The notes beneath the pieces were generated by a model. That model saw only the letters and a program-made list of their open reading frames with translations. It made no database searches and had not been told where the DNA came from. From an uncultured Pseudomonadota bacterium (GTDB lineage Bacteria > Pseudomonadota > Alphaproteobacteria > JACZXZ01), in NCBI GenBank assembly GCA_963749075.1, contig CAVVLJ010000016.1, positions 1,184,001 to 1,248,000 on the forward strand: DNA of 64,000 nt, in the 5' to 3' direction. This document shows, one piece after another, positions 49,804 to 58,864 of the stretch (position 1 is the first letter of the stretch; each line of letters opens with the position of its first letter). A program made the translations under genes and the position numbers.

Positions 49804-50437
49804 TCATGCGCTCCATGTGCCCGACATAGGGGAAATACGCCTCGAAGATTTTCTCCGCATGCGGGTAGCCGTAGAGCTCGTGCATGATGCGCGGCGAGGA
49901 GACGCGCTGCTCGACCAGCGTCACCGACCAGTCGGGCGCGAGGTTGCGCAAGGTGAAATCGTGGGTGAGACGGGTGAAGGCGGCCACCAGCCGCATGCCG
50001 CGCGCGGTGAGCACCCGGCGCCAACTGGGCACGATGTAGAGGCCGGAAAGCTGCACCACCGTGCCGGAAATGTGCGGCGGGTCGTCGCACAGCATGCGCG
50101 CATCGGCGAACTCCGAGGGGCCGTCGCCGAACCACAGCCGGTGGCTGCGAATGAGGTCGACGTAGTCATCCGTGTCGATGACGCGCAGCACCTGCGTCGC
50201 CACGGTGGAGCCGCCGCTATAAAGATGGAGCCAGAACACCTCGCCGGCGCGGAAGTCGTGGCGCGCCGGGTCCGCCGAGGCGTTCACCACCGGCCAGTCG
50301 GTTGTACAGATGAAGTCCTTCCACGCCTCCATGTCGAATTCGATGCGGAGGCCAAGACCTAAGCCCTTGATTTGACCAAGGAGGTCCTCGTCGAACAGGT
50401 AGCGACCTGTGCGTGACGTCGAGAGCACCGTATCCAT
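49667..50437 (-). CDS. Hypothetical protein, possible GNAT/acyl-synthase fold
   Basis: GGAGG RBS before ATG 50437; FWLHL...VATQVLR and ISGTVVQLSGLYIVPSWR segments. Confidence 0.65.
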   Translation of the reverse strand: MDTVLSTSRTGRYLFDEDLLGQIKGLGLGLRIEFDMEAWKDFICTTDWPVVNASADPARHDFRAGEVFWLHLYSGGSTVATQVLRVIDTDDYVDLIRSHRLWFGDGPSEFADARMLCDDPPHISGTVVQLSGLYIVPSWRRVLTARGMRLVAAFTRLTHDFTLRNLAPDWSVTLVEQRVSSPRIMHELYGYPHAEKIFEAYFPYVGHMERMTMLWMSHAELAALSGRPPRPVARSLHLAVPMARLGADSGSSLPAI

Positions 50438-50633
50438 GATTATGCCTCCCATGAGTGTCGGAGGCATTGTGATCAACAGCCGGGGGGCTAGTCCGCCGAA
50501 TAGTGCGCCGGCAGTAAGTTATTACTATTGTATAGCCGAAAATGAAGTCAAATGCGAAGGCACTAAGCGGTTGTAAAGATCGCCGCAGTCGCCAAGGTTA
50601 GGGCTGGTCCTACCAAGGCGGGGTATGCGGAGC

Positions 50634-50951
50634 ATGGCGGCGAGCGACCAGGGCGTGGGCACGAGCCTCAAGCCGTGCGCCGTGAAGGTGGGCAGCCTGC
50701 GCACCAGCATCCGGCTCGAGCCGGAGCTGTGGGAGGCGCTGCACGACATCGGCCGCCGCGAAAGTCTGACCAGATCCCAGCTTCTCGCATTCATCGCAAG
50801 CCGTCGGCGCGGGAGTTCGCTGAGCTCGGCGATCCGCGTCTTCATCTCCACATACTATTGGGAGCTCTTCAAGGCAACCGGCGAGCCCGCGCACCATATC
50901 AATCATCCGCCCGGCCTGCGCTCGGCGAAGACGAGGTGGGCCGAGTCATGA
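50634..50951 (+). CDS. Ribbon-helix-helix domain protein
   Basis: RTSIRLEPELWEALHDI...SLSSAIRVF. Confidence 0.88.
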   Translation: MAASDQGVGTSLKPCAVKVGSLRTSIRLEPELWEALHDIGRRESLTRSQLLAFIASRRRGSSLSSAIRVFISTYYWELFKATGEPAHHINHPPGLRSAKTRWAES

Positions 50952-51310
50952 CGACGCGCGCCGCCGCGGGCGGCAAGCCAGGGCTCGAGGCCCCTCCCGG
51001 CCGCCTGGCAAGCGGGGAGCGGCAGCATCGGCGCGAGTTGCGCGCGGCGCGCATGGGCCCGGTCAATGCCCATATCGGCCTCCGGCTCCGCGTACGGCGC
51101 ACGGGCATGGGCGTCTCCGAAGCGTCCGTGGCCGATGGTCTCAGGGTCTCTCTGCGCACCATGCGCGCGATCGAGAGCGGCCGGCGTGCGCTGACGCTCG
51201 ACGAGATCGTCAGCGCGGCAAGGATCTTGAGCGTGCCGATCGCGTATTTCTATTGCGGCCTGCAGCCGTCCTCCCGCGCCGCGGGCGGACATCGGCTCCT
51301 TCTCCACTGA
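50948..51310 (+). CDS. Xre-family HTH regulator
   Basis: HIGLRLRVRR...IESGRR...LSVPIAYFY; ATGA overlap with the upstream gene. Confidence 0.8.
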   Translation: MTTRAAAGGKPGLEAPPGRLASGERQHRRELRAARMGPVNAHIGLRLRVRRTGMGVSEASVADGLRVSLRTMRAIESGRRALTLDEIVSAARILSVPIAYFYCGLQPSSRAAGGHRLLLH

Positions 51311-51350
51311 GCGTCCGCCGGCGCCGGACCGGACTGCGGCGAGGCTGCGG

Positions 51351-52467
51351 CTAGCCCCAGACCGCGCGCGCCACCTCGACGACGAGGCGGAGCTTGGCGA
51401 TCTCGTCGGCGATGCCGATGCGGTTGCCCTCGACGGTCGAGGAGAAGCCGCATTGCGGGCTGAGCGCCAGCTGGTCGAGGGGCACGTAGCGGGAGGCCTC
51501 CCCGATGCGGCGCTTGAGCTCGTCCGGCGCCTCGAGCGCCCCCTTCTTCGTCGTGACGAGGCCGAGCACGACGCGCTTCCCCTTGGGCACCAGGCGCAAG
51601 GGCGCGAAGCTGCCGGCGCGCGGGCTGTCGTACTCGAGGAAATAGCCGTCGACGGCGATCTCGTTGAAGAGGATGTCGGCTATGGGCTCGTAGCCGCCTT
51701 CGGCCACCCAGGCGCTCTGGAAGTTGCCGCGGCAGAGATGCATGCAGATCGTCATGCCGGGCGGCCGTCCGGCGATCGCCGCATTGATGAGCTTGGCATA
51801 GGTCTTGGGCAGGCTCTCCGGATCCTCGCCGATCGAGCGCACCTGCTCGCGCAGCTTGGGATCGCAGAGATAGGCGAGATTGACCTCGTCGATCTGCAGA
51901 TAAGTGCAGCCCGCGCGGCCGAGATCCGCCACCTCCTCGGCATAGACTCGCCCCAGATCGGCGTAGAAGTCCGCGATGTCGGGATAGGCCTCAGCGTCGA
52001 TCGCCCGCCTGCCGCCGCGGAAATGCATGGTGCTGGGAGAGGGGATGGTCACCTTGGGCGTCGCCTTGGCGACCGATTTGAGGAAGCGGAAATCGTCCCC
52101 CATGATCGGCTGCGGCCGCGCGAGCTTGCCGGTGACGCGCAGGCCGGGCGGCATGAGCTCGAACGTCGCCGTCCTCGCTGTGGAAGCGCGCCTTCACGCT
52201 CGGCGGCACCACCGTCGCGTTGGTGAAGCGCTCGAGGAAGTCGAGATGCCACCAGGTGCGGCGGAACTCGCCGTCGGTGACCGCCTTGAGGCCGATGTCC
52301 TCCTGGAGCTTGACGACCTCGCGGATGCACTTGTCCTCGACCGCGCGCAGCTCGGCGGCCGAGAGCCTGCCGGTCTTCTTCGCCTCGCGCGCGGCGAGGA
52401 GCTCGGGCGGCCGCAGCAGGCTGCCGACGTGGTCGGCGCGATAGGGCGGTCGGTCGGCTTGCGGCAT
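51351..52467 (-). CDS. Cobalamin-independent methionine synthase II family protein (frameshift at ~52163)
   Basis: RADHVGSLLRP, TDGEFRR, HLCRGN, FLEYD, LSPQCGF. Confidence 0.9.
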
Positions 52468-52684
52468 CGCTCCCTCCCCCGCCCCTCGAGCGCACGCTCT
52501 GCGGCACCCGGGGACGGTTGTGCTTGGCAGAGCGGAGCTTAGCACAAGGCGGATAACGGAGGCGACACGGTGGTCTCGGCGGCGCTGTGACGCCGGACCC
52601 TTTGACCGGCAACGCCGCGGAGGGGCAGGTGCTCCTCCTCCGCGGCGCGCCCGATGCGCCCTCATCCGCTGCGGCGGACCGCGA

Positions 52685-53599
52685 CTATGTGTGGTAGATC
52701 GCCGTGAAGTTGTCGATGCCCCACATGTCGGAGTCGATGCCGCATTGGCCGTAGCCGATCCAGAAGTAGCCGCCGAGGCCCCAGGTCGGTCCCCAGCTGT
52801 TCTTGCAGAGCCAAGCCTGCAGCGGGTTGCTGTAGCCGATGCAGCAGACGCAATGTCCGCCGGCCAAGGCACCCGAGCTATGCCGGTAGACGCCGCTGTG
52901 GTAGGAGAAGAAGTCTTCGTAAACCGTGAAGCAGGTGTCGAGCGGGCCTTTGGTCGCGAGCCATTCCTTCATTGCGGCTGCGCTGGTAAGGCTCGTGGTG
53001 GCGCCGACCTTTGTCAGCAGCTTCTGCCAATCCTTGCACAGATTGCACGCTTGATTGCCGGCCGTGTAGGGGAAGCAGGACTCCGGCGTCAAGCCGGTGG
53101 CGTGGGCGTAGGCGAATGCCGAGGTCGGATACCAGCCCGTCTGGCAGTTGTGCTGGTCCTGCGGGGTCTTGCTGCAATAGAAGAACTGCGCCTCGGAGAC
53201 GTCCTGGAGCTGCTGGCCCTTGGGCGTTCCGAGCGGTCCGCCGTAGTCAATGCGCATTTGGCCGTCGATCGTGGCACCGGTGCCGAAAGCGACGCACGAG
53301 CCGCAATTCCCCTGGTCCTTCACGGCGCTGATGTAATTGTGACCGTTGTAATTGCGCCAGTCCACGCCTGCGGGCTGGAGCCCCTGCGGCGCGGCGAGCG
53401 CGGCGAGGTGGACCCGCAGGTTGGCGAGCGCGCGGCTCTCCCGCTCCGCAAGGCTCGACTCTCCCGCGGGGATGGTGACGCCGAGCCGGGCATGCCGCTC
53501 TTCGAGCGAGAGCTCGAGGAGGGCATTGTGTGCTGCAGTCCAGCTCGCATTCGCTTCCTTGAGTATGCTCTGCAGGGCGATAAGTTCTTCGCTGGCCAT
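52685..53599 (-). CDS. Papain-family (C1A) cysteine peptidase
   Basis: VDWR, QGNCGSC, GGHC, KNSWG catalytic motifs; no signal peptide. Confidence 0.93.
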   Translation of the reverse strand: MASEELIALQSILKEANASWTAAHNALLELSLEERHARLGVTIPAGESSLAERESRALANLRVHLAALAAPQGLQPAGVDWRNYNGHNYISAVKDQGNCGSCVAFGTGATIDGQMRIDYGGPLGTPKGQQLQDVSEAQFFYCSKTPQDQHNCQTGWYPTSAFAYAHATGLTPESCFPYTAGNQACNLCKDWQKLLTKVGATTSLTSAAAMKEWLATKGPLDTCFTVYEDFFSYHSGVYRHSSGALAGGHCVCCIGYSNPLQAWLCKNSWGPTWGLGGYFWIGYGQCGIDSDMWGIDNFTAIYHT

Positions 53600-53632
53600 G
53601 GGTGTCTCCCGTCGGTTGACGAGCGCCCCGCG

Positions 53633-53956
53633 TCAACGAACGCTGAGGGTGAACGCGTGGTGCTCGATGATTGACCCTTCCCCTTGCCACTTCCGCCACA
53701 GCTTGAGCCGGAGCACGACTTCGCCCTTTGCCGTGAGCCGCAAGCGGAAGACGCGCTCGCCCTCGCCCCCCACCGCACTGCCGGCGGGCGGGATCCAACG
53801 GTCTTCCAGCGTTTCCACGGCGTGTGGCTTCGAGAACTCGAGGCTCCAGCGGTAGCCGGTCGAGGGGATCTCCTTGAGTCTGATCGTCACGCTCTCGCCA
53901 ACCGTGGCGTGCTTGGTCGTGCCGTCATCCGTGGGGGTCAACACCAGTTCCGCCAT
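53633..53956 (-). CDS. Chagasin-family (I42) peptidase inhibitor
   Basis: VGESVTIRLKEIPSTGYRW, VGGEG, RKW loops. Confidence 0.85.
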   Translation of the reverse strand: MAELVLTPTDDGTTKHATVGESVTIRLKEIPSTGYRWSLEFSKPHAVETLEDRWIPPAGSAVGGEGERVFRLRLTAKGEVVLRLKLWRKWQGEGSIIEHHAFTLSVR

Positions 53957-54257
53957 CTCGCTCTGCACTCCATCGACTGCAACGATGGGCGGCGGGCTAG
54001 ATAGCGCCAGAATAAGTGCTTGCACCGCCCACAAGACAATACCCCCTTCCCGCCGTACGCGGGCGCCGGACCGGCATTTTTGGACAAGCCGCCGCCGATC
54101 GCCTCAAGCCTGTTGCGAGCCGCCTAAAGATTGCAGGTTTGCGTCGCTATGCTCGCTAAAGTTAGCGTAGCGCAATTCAGGACTTTAAGGTAGTGGATTT
54201 TTATTTCTTTACTCTTATAGGTAGTTTATCCGCCGCCCTCGCTTGCCGCCAACCGCC

Positions 54258-55649
54258 TCAGGGTGCCAGTGCCGCGCTGAGGTCGCCGACCTTCGCCTCG
54301 CGGTCGCTGAGCGGCGCCAGATTGTAGCGCTCGTGGATGAGCTTGAGGATCGAGGTGGTGTCGTAGAGGGTATGGTCGATGTAGCCGCGCCTGGCAAACG
54401 GCGAGACCACGATGAGCGGCACGCGCGTGCCGGGACCCCATTGATCGAGCTTGGGCGGCGCCACATGGTCCCAGAAGCCGCCGTTCTCGTCGTAGGTGAT
54501 GATGATCACCGTGTCGCTCCAGGCGGGACTCGCCTGGATGGCGCTGATCACCGCCTCGACCTTGTGATCGCCCATGACGAGCTCGGCGTAGCCGGGGTGC
54601 TGATCCTCGGCACCGATCGGCTTCCAGAAGGCGACCGCCGGGAGCCGCCCCGCCTTGATGTCGGCGAAGAGATCGGCCTCGTCCTTGAGGTGGTCTTTCT
54701 TCGCGGCGGTGCCGTCGGCGAACTGGGCGAAATAGACGAAGGGCTGGTGGTGGTACTCGAAGAGCTTGTCCGGGTGCCCGGCCAGCGCGTCGTTCCAGCC
54801 GCCGCCGTACCAGGCCCAGCTCACCTGGCGCTCGGAGAGCTGATCGCCGACGGTCACCAGCCCTTTTTGCGACGGCAGCAGCGTCTCGGGCTTGGCCGAG
54901 GCGGGATGGGGCGCATTCACGCTGTAGATGGTATTGACCGCAATGCCGTCGGGCGTGACGGCGCCGTCCTCGAGCATGTTGCCGGCGGCATCGACCTTGG
55001 CTGTGATCTCCTCGGGCGCTCCCGGGTAGCGCGTGATGCAGCCACAGACCAGCCAGATGTGGTTCATGTAGGAGCCGCCGAAGGTGCCGTGGAAGTAGTT
55101 GTCGGCGAGCGTATAGTCCTTGGCGTAGCGCCAGATCGAGGTCTTGCCGATGTCGTAGTAGCCCATGGAGAGCGTGGCGGCGTCGGAGTAGGCGACGAAC
55201 TTGTCCATCTTGCCGCCGTCGATCTGGGCGCGCTCCTGGTACCAGCGGTGCACGAGGTCGCCGGTCGGTTGGTCGATCGGCACATATTTGTCGATGGCGA
55301 ACGGCCCGTTGGGCAGATCCTTGGGGAAGCGCTCATCGACCCGCGGCGGCTTCGCGTCGGCCTCGATGACCGGGGGCAGCGCGGCATAGGGCTTGCCCTC
55401 CTTGTCCACCTGCGTCACAGCACCGTCCGCGTTGTCGAGGCCGTTGGCCCCGGGGAAATGGCCGAAGAGGTTGTCGAAGCTGCGGTTCTCCAGATAGACG
55501 ACGAAGATATGCCCGATGCGGTCGAGCGACGCCCCCGAGGCACCCTGCGCCAGGGCGGGAACGGCCGGGAGGAAAAGGCCGAGGGCCGCCGCCGCGGCGG
55601 CCGTGACGATGGCGGTGCGGAGCATGCCGAATCTCTCACTGATGAACAT
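54258..55649 (-). CDS. Phosphoesterase / acid phosphatase (AcpA, phospholipase C family)
   Basis: Signal peptide; ENRSFDNLFG, DLVH, GGSYMNH, TYDENGGFWDHV, GPGTRVP. Confidence 0.9.
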   Translation of the reverse strand: MFISERFGMLRTAIVTAAAAAALGLFLPAVPALAQGASGASLDRIGHIFVVYLENRSFDNLFGHFPGANGLDNADGAVTQVDKEGKPYAALPPVIEADAKPPRVDERFPKDLPNGPFAIDKYVPIDQPTGDLVHRWYQERAQIDGGKMDKFVAYSDAATLSMGYYDIGKTSIWRYAKDYTLADNYFHGTFGGSYMNHIWLVCGCITRYPGAPEEITAKVDAAGNMLEDGAVTPDGIAVNTIYSVNAPHPASAKPETLLPSQKGLVTVGDQLSERQVSWAWYGGGWNDALAGHPDKLFEYHHQPFVYFAQFADGTAAKKDHLKDEADLFADIKAGRLPAVAFWKPIGAEDQHPGYAELVMGDHKVEAVISAIQASPAWSDTVIIITYDENGGFWDHVAPPKLDQWGPGTRVPLIVVSPFARRGYIDHTLYDTTSILKLIHERYNLAPLSDREAKVGDLSAALAP

Positions 55650-55843
55650 GGTCCATTCACTTTTGTACCGGTGAGGCTGTGCCAGGGTGGCACGCTTACC
55701 CATCGCGTTCGGTTGCGAATATGTGAAGCTATGGCTACAAGGCGCATTGCCGAGCGCTCGCTTTTGCCTGCCGCGGCAATGGAACTCGGACTAGGATGTG
55801 CGGCGACCCCTCCGCTTACCGACGAACCCCCCGCCCGCCGCCC

Positions 55844-57067
55844 ATGCCGAGCCTTGCAGCACCCCCGCTTCCGCCCAGCCCCTCCGATCAGGGCCGCGCG
55901 GCGCTCGCCATCACGCTGGCTATCCAGGTGCTGGCCTCGGGGTCCGCGCTCGCGGGCCCGGTGCTGGCGCCGCTCGCCGCGCGCTCGATCGGCGTCGAGC
56001 CCTACCTGGTCGGCATCTTCGTCTCGCTCATTTATGGTTTCGGCGCCGCCACCAGCCTGGTGAGCGGCGGCTTCATCGAGCGCTTCGGGCCGATGCGGGT
56101 GAGCCAGCTGAGCCTCCTCTTCTGCGTGGCAGGCCTGGCGCTTGGCGCGCTCGGAACCCCTCTTGCAGCGCTCGGCGCCGCGGCCCTCCTGGGTGCGGGC
56201 TACGGTCCGATCACGCCCGCCTCCTCCCACATCCTCGCCCGCACCACGCCGCCCGCGCGCATCAATCTCGTGTTCTCGCTCAAGCAGACGGGGGTGCCGC
56301 TCGGCAATGCGCTCGCCGCGGCCATCCTGCCGGGCGTCGCGGCATTCCTCGGCTGGCGCGTCGCGGTTCTTGCCACGGCGGCCCTCTGCCTTGTCACGGC
56401 CGCCGCCGCCGAGCCCCTGCGCCGCCCCCTCGACCGCGAGCGCGACCGCCACCGCCCGCTCCTCTCCGCAGCCCACCTGGCCGCTCCCTTCCGGCTGGTT
56501 TTCCGCTCGCCCGTGCTGCGCAAGCTCGCCCTCACCTCGTTCGCCTTCGCCGGCATGCAGACGAGCCTGGCCGCCTTCCTCGTCACTTATCTCAGCGAGC
56601 GCGTCGCCATGTCGGTGGTGCTGGCCGGCGCCGTGCTCGCCGCGGCCCAGGGCGCAGGCGTGATCGGGCGCATTCTCTGGGGTTTCGTCGCCGACCGTTT
56701 CGTGGCGCCGGTCAAGCTCCTCGGCACCCTCGGCGTCGTGATGTCGGCCTCGGCGGTGCTGGTGGCGCTTTTCACCGCCGGCTGGCCGCTTGCGGCCATC
56801 ATTGCCGTGTGTCTCGTCTATGGCGGCACGGCAGTCGCCTGGAACGGCGTGCACCTCGCCCAGATCGCGCGCTACGCGCCGCCCGGGCGCGCGGGCGAGG
56901 TCACGGGCGGCGCCAGCTTCTTCACCTTTGCCGGCGTCATGGTGGTGCCCGCACTCTTCAGCGCGGTTCTCGCAGCGTCCGGGAGCTACACGATGGGCTT
57001 TTGCGCCGCGGCGGCGCTGTCGCTCGCGGGTGCCATAACGCTCTTCATTCCGGAGCGGCGCGGCTGA
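55844..57067 (+). CDS. MFS transporter
   Basis: Twelve TM helices, FSLKQTGVPLG, GRILWGFVADR. Confidence 0.9.
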   Translation: MPSLAAPPLPPSPSDQGRAALAITLAIQVLASGSALAGPVLAPLAARSIGVEPYLVGIFVSLIYGFGAATSLVSGGFIERFGPMRVSQLSLLFCVAGLALGALGTPLAALGAAALLGAGYGPITPASSHILARTTPPARINLVFSLKQTGVPLGNALAAAILPGVAAFLGWRVAVLATAALCLVTAAAAEPLRRPLDRERDRHRPLLSAAHLAAPFRLVFRSPVLRKLALTSFAFAGMQTSLAAFLVTYLSERVAMSVVLAGAVLAAAQGAGVIGRILWGFVADRFVAPVKLLGTLGVVMSASAVLVALFTAGWPLAAIIAVCLVYGGTAVAWNGVHLAQIARYAPPGRAGEVTGGASFFTFAGVMVVPALFSAVLAASGSYTMGFCAAAALSLAGAITLFIPERRG

Positions 57068-57083
57068 GCGGCGGTACGGCCGC

Positions 57084-57581
57084 TCACACGGGCGGTGCCG
57101 GCGACGGTGCCGCGTGCGCGTGCCGCCAATCCCACGGATCGTCGAAGGTGCCGGCCCACAGGCCCAGGCGTGCCGCCTTGGCGACCGACTGCACCTCGCC
57201 GTAGTCGAGGCCGGCCTGCCAATGCACGACGGCCATGCCGGCCGCGATCATGTCGCGGTTGATCTCCTCCTCGCCGGCGTAGCAGACGGCGAGCCGATGC
57301 CCGTCGATATCCCGCCCCAGCGGCTCGCATTTGACCGAGCGGCCGGCGATGAGATCGTTGAGCGTTTGCTTCGCCGCCTCGCCGCACGGCCAGCTGCCCC
57401 CGCCCTTGCTGCAGGTCTGGGCTAATCCGGGAGCCACCGCGTCGGCCAGGCGGAAGGTTTCCCCCTCTACCTTGAGCGTGCTGCCGTCGATGACGTCCGC
57501 CGGCCCGCTCAGTATCTCGTCGGCCAAAGCGGCTCGGCCGAGGAGGAAAATGCTTGTCAGCGCAATGGTGAACAGTCTCAT
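57084..57581 (-). CDS. Thermonuclease (SNase-like) family protein
   Basis: Signal peptide, VIDGSTL, WPCG, GMA, GLWAG..PWDWR. Confidence 0.85.
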   Translation of the reverse strand: MRLFTIALTSIFLLGRAALADEILSGPADVIDGSTLKVEGETFRLADAVAPGLAQTCSKGGGSWPCGEAAKQTLNDLIAGRSVKCEPLGRDIDGHRLAVCYAGEEEINRDMIAAGMAVVHWQAGLDYGEVQSVAKAARLGLWAGTFDDPWDWRHAHAAPSPAPPV

Positions 57582-57746
57582 CGTCGCTAAACTCTAGCCG
57601 GCGACCATGGCGATTCTAGGGCGTCCTCCCGGACAAATTGCCGTGGGCGGCAACGCCGGGCGCGGCTATAGTGCGGCCCGGCCTCGCGCGAGACGAGGCA
57701 AGAGGAAAGCGCCGCCCATCCTGCCGCCGAAAAGCCCCCACCCGCC

Positions 57747-58646
57747 ATGACGAGCCTCGCGACCGCGTCCCGCACTGCTGCCGACGTGCGGCGCGGCATC
57801 CTCTGGATGCTGGCGGCGACGGTCTTCTTCGTGAGCATCGACACCACCGCCAAGTACTTGCTGCAGCGCTATCCGGTCGCGGAGGTCGTCTGGGGGCGCT
57901 ATCTCTTCCACGCGCTCTCCGGCATGGCGTGGGCCGGCCGCCGCCTGCCTACCGTCGTGATGCGCGCGCGCTTCCGCGTGCAGGTGCTGCGCGGCCTCTT
58001 TCTTCTAACGTCCACGGCGCTCTATTTCGCCGCACTGCGCAGCGTGCCCATCGCGGACTGCACCTCGATCATGTTCCTGGCGCCGATCATTGTCACGGCC
58101 CTCTCGGTGCCGCTGCTCGGCGAGCCCGTGGGCACGCGGCGCTGGATCGGCGTTGCCGTCGGCTTTGCCGGCGCGCTCATCATCGTGCGTCCCGGCAGCG
58201 GCGTCATAGCCCTGGCGGCCGTGCTGCTGGTCGTCTCGGCCTGCGTCAGCGCGCTCTACCAGATCCTGACGCGCGTGCTCAACCGCACCGACGATCCCTT
58301 GGCCACCAACATCTACAGCGCGCTCATCGGCACGGCGATCGCGGCCGGCGCCCTCCCCTTCGCGTGGCTGACGCCCGATCTCGAGGGCTGGCTCCTCATG
58401 GCGCTCGCCGGCCTCTTCGGCGCGATCGGCCATTACTGCATGATCAGGGCGCTCGCCGCGGCACCTGCCGCCACCGTGGTGCCGTTCAGCTACGTGGGCT
58501 TGATCTGGGCGACGCTTTTCGGCTTCGCCGTCTTCGGCGACCTGCCCGACGGCTGGACCGTGCTCGGCGCGCTTATCGTCGCCGGCAGCGGGCTCTATAT
58601 CTTCTATCGCGCCGAGGTGGTGAAGCGCGCGCGGGCGGCCAAATGA
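57747..58646 (+). CDS. DMT/EamA family transporter
   Basis: FLAP, LLGEPVG, IVRPG, PFSY, FGDLP. Confidence 0.9.
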   Translation: MTSLATASRTAADVRRGILWMLAATVFFVSIDTTAKYLLQRYPVAEVVWGRYLFHALSGMAWAGRRLPTVVMRARFRVQVLRGLFLLTSTALYFAALRSVPIADCTSIMFLAPIIVTALSVPLLGEPVGTRRWIGVAVGFAGALIIVRPGSGVIALAAVLLVVSACVSALYQILTRVLNRTDDPLATNIYSALIGTAIAAGALPFAWLTPDLEGWLLMALAGLFGAIGHYCMIRALAAAPAATVVPFSYVGLIWATLFGFAVFGDLPDGWTVLGALIVAGSGLYIFYRAEVVKRARAAK

Positions 58647-58864
58647 GGCGCGGCCGAGCTGCCGCCAACTCGAGTCCCGGCTTGGCGCGCGGACAAGGCC
58701 CCATCGCGACGAGAATTCTTCTTTTGCAATTCTCGGTAGGAGGCATAGCATTTGGTAAGGATGTGCCGAAGACATGACGTGCGAAGACGATAGAGAAGAC
58801 CCGTGACCGGCGGTAGCGGAAGCTCGCCAGGGAGAATCGCGGGGCGCCCGCCGGGGCCGTCCTG

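Noticed and set aside
985-52467. Calling the frameshifted genes pseudogenes or programmed frameshifts
   Set aside because: Both halves are otherwise intact and the indels fall in methylation motifs or homopolymers, so sequencing error is more likely.
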